From the NCBI GenBank assembly GCA_010405405.1, contig MU004230.1, positions 158,627 to 222,626 of the forward strand: a stretch of 64,000 nt of DNA. Direction: 5' to 3'. This DNA is from Microthyrium microscopicum. Its lineage: Eukaryota. Positions 53,315-64,000 of this stretch are shown one piece after another (positions within the stretch are counted from its first letter, which is position 1; each line of letters opens with the position of its first letter). The position numbers were made by a program, and so were the translations under genes. Below the pieces are notes generated by a model. It saw only the letters and a list, made by a program, of their open reading frames with translations. It did no database searches and had not been told where the DNA came from.

Positions 53315-54444
53315 ATGGCCTCCCCGGATTCAAAAGACTACACTATCCAAACCACGCATGGCACCCTCGCCATCACTGACGTCGGCACCGGCTCTCCAGC
53401 TCTGTTGATGATTCACGGCAACTCATTTAACAAACGCATCTTCCACCATATTCTGACCTCACCTCTCTCCAAATCCCACCGACTCCTCGCCTTCGATCTC
53501 CCCGGCCATGGCGCCTCCACCAACGCTCCTGACGCAGAGCGCTCCTACTCCATGCCCGGCTACGCTGACGCCGCCATTGAAATCCTCACGAAACTCGAGA
53601 TAGGGCCCGTCATCGTCCTCGGCTGGAGTCTAGGTGGCCACATTGCCATAGAAATGATCCCCAAATATTCACCCCTCCTCGGTATCATGATAGTCGGCAG
53701 TCCGCCGGTCAACGCTGGTGAAGTCAACACTGCTTTCACGCTAGCCAGCGGTGATGACGAGGAAGGTTGGCGGTCCGCATATGCTGCGCGCGGAGATCTG
53801 ACTGAGGCGGAGATGCTGGAGTATGCACACGTATGTGCTGATCCGCCGTATGAAGACTGGATGGGGGAGAGCGTTGTGCGAACGGATCAAAGAGCGCGGA
53901 AATTGATGTTTGAGGCGTTTGCGACCAGCCCAGAGTTGAAGCAACGGACGATCGTGGAGGAGGAGAAGAAGGTAAGATTAACCGCATGCCCGCTCATATT
54001 GCTTGACGACATCCCACCAATTCCGAATTGTCATGCTTGGTCTTTGCAGCTCCAGTTTCAATCGGTGTCTGGTCAATTCCATAACATCGTATCTCCCAAT
54101 ACATTCGATGACTCGCATAGAAGGCGTTTCCTATACGAATGCGATAGATCCCATCAAATACGATAGGTCTTGTACGGTTTTACGCCGAAAAGGCGATATG
54201 GAGCGTGTTAGCTCTAAACGTAGTCTAGACTAACGAATTCCAGGTGGTTGTGGCGGTGGTGAATGGCAAGGACGAGCCGTGGATGGATCTGGGATGGATT
54301 AAGGGGGTCAAATATGGTAATCTGTGGCGGGGTGAGTGCGTGGAGATGGAGGGCTTGTTGCATGCACCGTTTTGGGCGGATCCGACGGGCTTTGCAAAGC
54401 TATTGGAGAGTTTTGTGGAAGATGTGTCGAGGGGCAGTGGGTGA
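53315..54444 (+). CDS. alpha/beta hydrolase, AidH-like (putative N-acyl-homoserine lactonase/esterase)
   Basis: Exons 53315-53971 and 54244-54444; LLMIHGNS, DLPGHG, RSYSMPGYADA, GWSLGGH, RTD.RAR.LMFE.F, AVVNGKDEP, GNLW, HAPF. Confidence 0.9.
53972..54243 (+). other. long (272-bp) intron; candidate introner-like element copy 2
   Basis: AAG|GTAAGA...ACTAAC...CAG|GT; removal restores the hydrolase in frame; homologous to intron 9345-9525; contains several inverted repeats. Confidence 0.6.
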
Positions 54445-54673
54445 AGTATTTGTTCTGGCGGAGGTCATATGGCAGGACAGCTCACTAGGTGCGTGAAGGT
54501 GTGTATGAATGAAACGATTCGTTGTTTTGCCACGGAAGTGGATGATATGAAGAAATCTATACACATAAGCCGCCTTTATACTCCAGCTATGCAGTAGTAA
54601 TAACAAAGACATTCCATGAAGCGAACGACCAGCAAGAACAGCCGTCAAAGCTAATTAAATCGATTGACACAGC

Positions 54674-56132
54674 CTAGTTTTCAGAGGCACCTGAAGTTTC
54701 CTTGTTCTGCTTCCATTGCCATTCTAGGATGATGGGTACAAAGTGCCATAATCCAAATTCTGGCCAGTAGCAGTCTACAAACCGGACTTCGGTGGTTTGA
54801 TGACATTGCCAGAGCATAAAGTCACTTAGTCTCTCGACGCCGCTAGTTCTGATGAGGAGATCCAAAGGTGGAGCGTCACTTCCGGTATAGGTATGAGATG
54901 TCAATGTATTCTCGTCAATGTTTTCGATATCTGGATACATTGGTGGCAGTGGCGGACGAGGTGACGCGTTTGCGTGTTCACCGTTGTTCCCCAAAGTAGT
55001 AGATTCGGAAACAGCAGTTTTGGTTTGGTAGTCTGTAAGTTTATCGGCAAGAGACTGTAGTTCTTGAAGCTGAGCGTCGCTGAGATCAAAGTCTAGTATA
55101 TCTCGAACTTCAATAAGTTTTTCTTCCTGGGACAGTGTTATATCCTTTAGATATACGAGAATTGAAGAAGTCGCTCCGGCTATGACCTCTTCGTCAGCAG
55201 TTGCAGTGTTCTCATCTGCTGCTTCATCTAGTAAACTTTCGACAGCTTGAAGAATGTCTTGGTACACCGCACCTGTGCCAGGAGTGGATGGCTTATAGAC
55301 GTAATCTTCCTCCTCTGTAGATTCCATAGCTCTGGTCGATTCTGGCATGCCACTCGTGGCCCGTTCAAGAGATTTGATTCGTCCAGCCTCGATTTGTCGA
55401 GCGATGTGGGTTTCTGAGAAGGGTCTCCTTAATCTGGGCCTGAGTGGTTGGCAGTATTGTACTACCGTCTTTTGAATGGCAGTTGCCATCTCATCACGCG
55501 ACGTATATGGTGCGCAAATGTTCAATACGGCCCTAGAAATCGTGAGTTAGTCAAGCATAGTAGGATGCATTGGCGAAGCGTACTTTGTGTTATGGCGTGT
55601 CAGTTCCATAGCTTGGTCTAAAGTCTCCAAAACATCGGGTCGAATCATCTCCCTCCTTCCTAGCAGTTGTATCTTCGCTCCATATTTGTCGAGTAATTGC
55701 CCATGTTGTGCTAGTTGCCCGAGCCTCATCTTGGCCATGTCCATGAGATTGTCAACCTCGCTTCTGGAACGTTTGAAATTCTCGATGCTGAAAGCATATA
55801 CGGTGACTACTTTGACTCCTATTTTATAGCAGATCTCGAGTATCTATGGAGGTAAACGCGTCAGTATGTACGTTCAAAATGTATACTACTTGGAGCCGAC
55901 TTACTCTAGCCAATGCTTCAAACCCGGCACTGTGTCCTTCGGTCACCTCTTGCCTCTTGCTGCGGGCAAACCGTCGGTTGCCGTCCATGACGAACGCAAT
56001 GTGTTTTGGTACTGGGCCATGCCGTAATGCGCCGAGCAGAACATCTTTCACAGCAGCACTACCGTGCTCGAGAAGAAACTCGACAGGAGGCGATTGGACG
56101 ACCCACTTTCGAAAAGAAGCTGAGGATTTCAT
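54674..56132 (-). CDS. RER2: cis-prenyltransferase / dehydrodolichyl diphosphate synthase with an inserted helical domain
   Basis: [66 protein letters not shown]; introns 55844-55904 and 55533-55583. Confidence 0.93.
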
Positions 56133-56679
56133 GGTGAAGAATGTATGTATGGAGTTTTCGAAGGAGTCGGATGAATGGGAAAGGCGTCGAGCTTAGGAAA
56201 GCATGCTGTGGCGTACTAACAAGGAGGACTTTGTGGGACAAGGTCAATTGTTATGATGGAGGGGAGAACAATTGAGTCGAATGTGGTAGGTCGTACGGTC
56301 CGATATAGTGTGGTAACAGGTTGCGTCGTGAACCAAGAATCCAAGATCACGTCGAATGGCTGCTGCGTCCCTTTACTGTTTTTAGGTCAAACAAATAGAG
56401 GGCCGGCTGTGATTGGTCACACAAGCGCTGTAGCGAGCCCTGCCGAGTCTAGCCGCCAAACCATTTCTCTCCAAGCAAAAGCAACACCGCCCTCATAATC
56501 CCACATCATCTTCTACTTCAACTCATCTCCATCTTCAACAACATCCGAGATTCTGAGATTCGAGCCATCTCATCCCAATCTCTGGAGAGCCCTGGTCCTG
56601 ATATATGCTATCTGACATTCTGCGTCTCGCTTAGTTGACTCGCAGCGTCCGAGTGCGTTTGCTCTTAGGCGGGAAAACC

Positions 56680-58302
56680 ATGTCTGCTATCGAGCCGGCG
56701 GAATCGCAAGTGCCGCAGCAACTGGTTGAGCAACTCAGTAGAGGCTACGACTCTTTGACAGTCGAATTTCAAAGACTCAGTCAACAACATCAGGAACTTG
56801 AAAATAAGCTCGCTTGGGCTAAGCAACAGGTCGGTTAACCCTCTTTTCCTCCCCCCTCCTCTGAATGATGATCTACTTTAGCTCTAGATCTGTAGCTGCA
56901 CAGCAGTGTTGACAGACAACATACGAAATCAAGAACCTGAACTCAGAACTCCACGCTCTCATGCTTTCCCACAATCATCGAAACCCCCTTCGCTAATTTG
57001 TCAAAGTACCTAGATGCCCTCAAGCGCTTCACTCCTACCACATCATCGAAGGATTTTCACGAATTCCTGACTGAGCTAGATGAAGCAGGCGCAGTACAGA
57101 ATGAGAATGAGACTAGTTGGCTAGATCAACTGGCCAAAAGCTCCGATGCAGAAAAGCGAGCGAGAGCCTACAATGTTCAACGTGCCAAAGACGCAAGAGA
57201 GAAGCTCGACTATCGTAGAAACGTTGCTAGTGCAGAGGGCTCTGTGAAAATATGGAAGGATAGTCAGACCGATGGTAGCCCTGGTTTGGAGCAGGATTTC
57301 ACTACTTCTGGCACGCCTGGCCGCCTTGGATGTCCTTTTGCTGCAGGGAAAACAAATAGTCGCCGAGGAGCAACAACTCCACGAAGTTCCATCTCAAAAA
57401 CATCTCTCGGACGTAGATCCAAGAGACCATCCTTCCACGATCCTATAAGGGCAGAGATATGTGGTAATAATCATCCCGTGTCTACCGCAGCTTCTGTAGA
57501 AGGCTCAATGCCCCTGTGTCCTATCCGCTTCTTAGATCAACACTCTCCTGAGGAAGTGGCACAATATTTCGAAAAGCACAAGCACCAATTACCTCGCAGT
57601 CATGAAATGTGCATCAGCCGATTTCAAGAGAATGAAGACGCTTTGCGATCACTGGACTCCAAGTATGCTAATATGGTTAGCATGGTCAATGGCCTAGGAA
57701 AGGTCCATCAACCGATGCTTCCGGAGCCTGAAGAAATAGCTGTGGAAATAGACGAGGACACTATGCAAACTTCCACGGCTCATGTGGAGAGATGGGCACA
57801 AAATGTCAGCGTTAGAGGCGAAGACGATGGAAACGAACCCACAGCTGCTGGCGAAGATCGTGAAAACCATTTCGATCGATCTTTGAAGGAGATTCGCGTT
57901 GGAGAATCTCCCAGTCGACCCTGGGGCATTACTGTTCCGGAAGATAGAGGTGATGCCACGTCAAGAAAGAGCGATCCTACAGCATCGCCATTAGAACCGG
58001 AACTTCAGGGGGAGAGATCTGGTGATGGTCCTTTGCCACCACTACGATGTCCTTTCAGCGGGATAACAGCAGAAACAACAGAAGTTCCTCCACCTGGGCA
58101 TCCTGATTTCACGCCTCGTCCTGTAGAAGAACGAAGGCATACACCTCCTCCACAGGACATTCCTAAGGCAAAATCGCCAGCTCAAGTATCGACGCAACAG
58201 TCCAGTAATCCGCTTCCTCAGATGGTGTTCAATGGACCAGTATTTTTTGGGTATCCACCGGATCAGGCAATGAATATGCTCAAGCAGTCAGGTTTGATGT
58301 GA
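56680..58302 (+). CDS. hypothetical protein (N-terminal coiled coil, Cys-Pro motifs)
   Basis: Exons 56680-56829 and 57007-58302 join in frame; motifs GCPF, CPIRFLDQHSPEEVAQYFEKHKH.LPRSHE.C, RVGESPSRPWGI, FNGPVFFGY. Confidence 0.8.
56860..56947 (+). ncRNA. intronic box C/D snoRNA, probably guiding 18S rRNA 2'-O-methylation
   Basis: Inside intron 56830-57006: terminal stem TCTGA/TCAGA, C box ATGATGA (56865-56871), guide TTAGCTCTAGA, D'-like CTGT, C'-like GTGTTGA, guide ACGAAATCAAGAA, D box CTGA (56937-56940). Confidence 0.85.
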
Positions 58303-58899
58303 GAGCAGGGCTTGGAAACCTCAAAGATGTGATGAACCTTGCACAAATGCATAAATAATTAGACTTAGCGAAATATTATACCCCCTTTGTATTCTTTGCA
58401 AACCTGATATTTGTCCGTTAGCGTAAAAAGAGCGGCAACCGGCGCTAAGCACGGAAATAAACGCGTATCGATAAGATCCTGGTAACTACCCGGACTTACC
58501 CTCACTAGGCTGTAGTTCGCGGCTCCTTCCAGAGCTCTAGGTAGTATTCAGATGGAACATGCCAGACGTCGTCCAGTCTCTCAATTCACCACATGCATCT
58601 CGGAGGCGATTTGACTTCACTGTTGCTTTCCACATCACAAAAGAGTCATGAGAGTAAAAACAAAGCCACTGTTTGCTCTCAACCTCACCTTCTATCTTTG
58701 ACAATTTCACCCACCTCTATCACGATTTGAGCCGCCATCGAGCCTGTCCCCACAGTACCCATTTCACGACCGCCGCATTACTACTTCCAGATCCTTGTGA
58801 CAAATCAACTGTCGCTACTGTTCTTCAAGCGCTGTTGAGTATATCAGGGTTGCTTTCTTAGGCATCCACGCAATAATCTCGTCCTCCCTTTATCATACA

Positions 58900-61800
58900 A
58901 TGCACACGACATTCTCAGGCTCGTCCCGGCGGCCTCGCCAAGTCAATTTGTCAGGCCGACGAGGTGGAAATCCATTTGCACCAGCCTCAAGTCACGGGCC
59001 TCCGTCTGCATTGGCTAGCGCACAGCAAGAGAGAGAACGCCGGCAGCGGGAACGAGACAGATTGAACGGCGCAAAGGTTGTTCAGCGTTATTGGCGGGGA
59101 TACCGGTCAAGAGCTTCGCTCAGTACCAAATGGCGGCAGGAATGGGACGCAATAGAATCACAAGCCGGCGATCGGTCACAAGACAGGCCCTATGAACAGG
59201 AAGGAACTGCTTATGGTCAAGTTCGACTGTTTCTTCAATTCGCAAGTTTGCGAAGTCAGCAAGACCAGGAAAGACTATACAAACTACTGCGCCGATTATC
59301 ATCCTCCGTCAATCTGGACTCGGGGTTTGCTTCAAGCGGACCATGGCCAATGTTATATCTGAGATTACAAAATCTGCTGCTTGCTGGGCTGGACCGGACC
59401 TTGGACTTGAAACAGCCAAATAGAGAGACTGAGCAGTTGCTCTTCGACAGTCTAGCTTTCACCATTGATCGAATTTCCGAACTCACCACACGAAACGCTC
59501 CGCAGCTCTATCGAACGCTAGCTCGATTGATTAAGCAATTCAGCTCGTCCAAAGGTCAATCCAAAGTCGACCCCGAACGTCTTATACACTGTACTCTAGT
59601 TCCCCTTAAATCAATCAATGCTAGAACAACAGTCATGTATGCATCATTTGCGTGGCATATTCTGACTTTGGAACAATTATCAAAGACACCATTTGCGCCA
59701 CGTAGTTTGGAGCTCCTAGCAGATGGCATAAACTACAAGCTTCTTGCCAATTCGTTGGTAGAAGCCTTGTCATCTACCAATCCACAAAAGGACGAATTCA
59801 CCAAAGATTCTAGGAAGATGGCCTTTGTTCTTGCGTACCTCATTTATTTTTATCGACAGGCACATCGTTTCAATACATCCAATATGTATAGCGACGACAA
59901 AGATTACATGTCATCTGTGTCGACTCTTCTGTCTTTGGTGGTTGCTGAATCGGTCTCCAAAAGATCAAAGAGGGGCCACTTTGAAGACGACAGCGAAGAC
60001 TTTGATTTGGGACTGGTAGAAAACAACTCTTTTGTACAAGAACAAGTTCTTTCACTAGTGGATAGTGACAGCATCAGCTCGCTTCTTGGGAACAAAAGTA
60101 AAGAAAAACCAAATGACTATTCAGTGTCCAACGGCTTAGACAGCGACGCGAAGCAGTTGGCGTCCTTCGCCTTGACACTTATGCGATTCTTCCCAAAGAA
60201 AGCAGATGATGTTCGGATTGCGCTATACCGAGGATCATCAACTGTCTTTTCGGCGAATGTCGATGAAAAGGTCCCAACGATAGCCTATCTTTGGCAGGCG
60301 GCCAAATCAACACACATTTTCCAAACAATATGTCAGAATCCTGATGAAGTCGTCCCTTTGCTCAAGGCTCAAACAAATCGCGGATACTCAACCTCCTCGG
60401 CCAGTGCATTCAGGTCTTCTTATACTAGTGAAGAGATTCGAGATGAATGGAGAATAATACTCGTCTTCTTTGAACTATACACTTTTGTTCTTAGATTAAT
60501 GGATGACGAAGAGTTTTTCTCTCCAGCTGCCTTGACATCCTCCACCAGTACAAGTTGGGCAAGCCAGAATGCACTACCTCTTCAAGATGTAAAAACCATC
60601 ACTGTCTTTCTGAAGAACCTTGGGTTTTCCATGTACTTTGATGTGCTTCAACTGTCCGAAGTAGAACCTCATCGGGAAAGAGATCCTAGTGTCATTGGCA
60701 ATTATTTCAGCATCTCAGCACGAAATCAGGCAGAAAGTAGTACCGACGAGCCTAAACCACAAGAACCGACTGTTGCTGGAATCACTGGTATTTCAATGGA
60801 CTACGTTAAGGGTATTGTAACTGGTCTTCTTCGAATGTTGTATGAGCGCGACTCTCGAAGACCCTTTTTACCCAAGGGTCATTGGCTCATGACTTCACGT
60901 CTTGAAATGGATGGATTCATTTCTCAAGTTGTTCAAGAGGATGAGAAGCGTCATAAGATAGAAGAGGAAGATGAGGATATTGGCGATCCACATAGCTATG
61001 AAGACGAGGACTCTGAAGACGAATCGCAGCAGCTTGTTGGAACATCTCACAGTTCCAACCTACGTCGTCAGGAAAAGCTTCGACGACAACAGCGTAAATA
61101 CACAAGAAGAAAATTCCTCGCATCCGTTGCCCCTCGATTAGAAATACTCCAAAACATGCCATTCTTTATTCCCTTTCAAACCCGAGTTGAAATCTTCCGA
61201 GAATTTATACGACTAGATCAACTTAAACGTCGAGGCGCCTCCGACGCAGAAACATGGGGCCTCATACACAGTATGCAGCACCCTGAGATGTTTAGAAAGC
61301 ATCATGCTCGCATTCAAAGAAACAGCATATTTGAAGACGCTTACGAGCAGTTCCATCCGCTCGCCCAGGGTTTGAAAGAACCAATACAGATCACATTCAT
61401 GGATTCTTTTGGAAACGAGGAAGCCGGAATCGATGGCGGAGGAGTCACCAAAGAGTTCTTGACCAGCATTACCAAGGAAGCGTTTGATACGAACGAACCA
61501 TATGCTATGTTTGTTGAGAATGAGCACCATTTGTTATATCCCAATCCCACTGCTATGGAGGAATTGAAAGAAAATCCACAGCGTCAAGCGATACTGGCGG
61601 GTGACAAACCTATTGCAACTGCTGCCTCCGCTCTGCTCAATCGATTCGAGTTCTTGGGCCGAGTCGTAGGCAAATGTTTGTATGAAGGAATCCTCGTGGA
61701 TGTTAGCTTTGCAAGCTTTTTCCTTCTGAAATGGGCCCTCACTGGCGGAGAAGGCAACGCGCCTAAAGAGACAAGTTACCGGGCGAACTTGAACGACCTC

Positions 61801-62558
61801 CGTGATATGGATGAGGGCCTGTATCAAGGACTGGTAAGTCATGTACCCATATGACCATAGTGTAATACTAACAGGAACAGATCAAACTCAAAAATTACTC
61901 TGGCGACACCTCTGACTTTGGTCTCGATTTCACCATTGTCGACACTATTATTACCAATTATACGACAGGAAAGACAAAGAACATCACTCGCGACCTAAAA
62001 CCAGATGGCGCAAACATGGCTGTCGACAATCAAAACCGGCTATTGTACATCTTCTGCGTCGTACAACACCGGCTCAATAGACAGCCATATAGTCAAACCG
62101 CTGCCTTCCTTCGAGGCCTCTCATCCATGATCAAACCATCATGGCTAAACATGTTCAATCAGTCCGAACTCCAAACCCTCGTAGGAGGAACAAGCTCAGA
62201 AATCGACGTCGCAGACCTACGACGAAACACTCTCTACGGAGGGGTATACGTTATTGGTGATGACGGCCTCGAGCACCCTACGATACAGTACTTCTGGCAA
62301 GTCATGGAAGAAATGTCTGATGAGGAACGACGAGCAGTACTCAAGTTCGTCACAAGTACACCGCGCGCTCCATTACTCGGTTTTGGCAGCCTAATGCCTC
62401 GGTTCAGTATTAGAGATTCTAGTAGTGATCAAACTCGGCTGCCCAGTACAAGTACTTGTGTAAACCTGCTCAAGTTACCAATGTACAAAACCAAAGCTGT
62501 GTTGAAAGAGAAGCTGCTGCTGTCAGTATTTTCTGGTGCAGGCTTTGATTTATCATAA
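58900..62558 (+). CDS. HUL5: IQ and HECT domain E3 ubiquitin ligase (Hul5/UBE3C type)
   Basis: IQ-like VQRYWRGYRSR; PFFIPF.TRV.IF; EAGIDGGGVTKEF; LPSTSTCVNLLKLP (catalytic Cys); C-terminal GAGFDLS; intron 61834-61880. Confidence 0.94.
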
Positions 62559-62707
62559 TCAAGTTCGGATTCAGCATTCACTTTTACCTCGAGCGTTTTG
62601 TTTGCATACAGCGGTGGAATTTGTATTCTAGTTGCTCGTTCTAGCCAATTAATGACACAGAATTATAGACTATCATGATTTGATGAACCATCATTCGCCT
62701 TTAATAC

Positions 62708-63790
62708 TCATTTCCCTCTATGTAGCTTGAATGCTTCTTGTACTGTCATGCCTCCTTCAACGTCTTTGATGACCTTCTCGTCTGCGCCTACGAGCTTGGG
62801 AAGTAATTCCAGTACTTTGTCCAATAATTTAAGAGGTATACAAACTGCGCCCCTCTCAACTGGGTCGATCATCACGATATCCCCCTACTCAGCATTAGTT
62901 ACCCATTGCATCCCACTTGACTCGAAACAGCTTACCGGACACACTTCTGTGTTATCTATTTGTATTGGCACGTCCGTCGCCCATGCCTGTAGCAGTCAGA
63001 AAAGTAAATCCATGACACTCAATGGAAGCCATCAATCGCCAAGGAAGCCATCAAATACTCCCAGGAAATCATACCTTCGCCTCACCCCCCGACCCAACAA
63101 TCGACGTCCCCTTCGACCAAACCTACTACTATCAGCTTTTCCTCCCTTCTCCTCACCATAATATGTAGCTTACCGGCACACTCAACCCCCTCATAACCTC
63201 CAAATCCCTCACCCTCCCATCAACCACAACCCCCCTCGCCCCCAACCTAACCATCCGTTCCGCCATAATCCCCCCGACCACCGCAACCTTCTGCCCCCTC
63301 GGCTGGCTAATCACCATAATCTTGCCCTCCCTCGCAAGGTCCGCATACGGCACGCCGGCGGGCACATTCGGCAATGGTTGCGCCAAAGTTGTGCTAATAA
63401 GACCCAGCGCGCCACCTAATGCGCCTTCGCTAGGCGCTGGGAAGGAGGTGGTGGAGTGTGAGACGAAGAGGACGGTGGATGCGGGCGCGATGATTTTGGA
63501 AGTGGTGGGGGAGATTGGAGAGATGTCTGCGAGGAAGCCGGCGCCGGGGACGTCGAGTTTTAGGAGGGCGTCGGCGATGTCGGGGGCGGCGTAGGTGGAG
63601 AGGGTGGTTAGTTGGGCTGTTGACATTTTGCTGGTTGGGTTAGTTGAAACTTGAGGGTCGTGGTGGTGGGAGAGGAAAGGTACCGGGAGGTTAGAGGAGA
63701 TGTATGACGGTTAATTGTGCGGGGAATTGAGGCGCGTGTTGAGAAAATTATTGATGAGGCTATGCGTGGCTCTAGCCTAAAGATGCTCAT
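62708..63790 (-). CDS. RraA-like / HMG-aldolase family protein with predicted mitochondrial presequence
   Basis: DIADAL and AVVGGIMA..GARGVVVDGRVRD motifs, then PGDIVMID..GAVCIP; four introns including 63631-63683, which joins an Arg/Ser-rich leader in frame; stop TGA at 62708-62710. Confidence 0.85.
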
Positions 63791-64000
63791 GTTCTATCTT
63801 AAAAGTCAAGGGAGGAGCTCTATAGCTCTATCGCGAAGTAATGTTGTAGTGATGTCGTCTGATTGACCCGAGGTCGGGTGGTGACAGGGATTATGCCACT
63901 TGTTCAGCCTTATCCTCAGCCTTATCAACGTCAGCGACTCCAGATGTTATCATTACTATGTGAATAAAACGAGTATTCAACAATTAGATAATAAACTGAT

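Noticed and set aside
52958..54166. 402-aa ORF as the hydrolase
   Set aside because: Non-ATG upstream extension and read-through into the intron; the real gene is 53315-53971 plus 54244-54444.

Overview
Filamentous ascomycete genomic DNA (Pezizomycotina; short GT-AG introns with CTRAC branch sites; RIP-type C>T/G>A mutation). Two gene-dense flanks (1-11.2 kb and 46.8-64 kb) surround a 35.5-kb AT-rich island. The island resolves fully into one nested transposon stack. The outer element is a ~3.1-kb Mutator-like element (11260-46769; 86-bp TIRs, 9-bp TSD TTCTTGAAA). It hosts two Ty3/gypsy elements (12185-19840 and 21334-46106), and the second hosts two more Ty3/gypsy elements (24764-32418, 36036-43918) plus a pogo/Fot1 transposon (33963-35765). 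All termini and TSDs are readable. Left flank: 3' end of Prp21/SF3A1, ISD11, a HET-6-like pseudogene, a divergent Rtc5/TLDc-like gene, tRNA-Phe(GAA) and a secreted Ser-rich PAN/Apple-like protein. Right flank: a small secreted 6-Cys CFEM variant, kinesin-14 (KlpA/Kar3), LOA1/Vps66, an alpha/beta hydrolase resembling the bacterial AHL lactonase AidH, RER2 cis-prenyltransferase, a hypothetical gene with an intronic box C/D snoRNA, a HECT ligase (Hul5/UBE3C) and an RraA-like aldolase. Most notable: (1) two long introns in unrelated genes 44 kb apart share a ~68% identical core (candidate introner-like element family); (2) RER2 carries an apparent Brr2 plug domain in its variable loop; (3) a fungal, intron-bearing AidH-like quorum-quenching lactonase. 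All homology calls come from recalled family motifs, not database searches.
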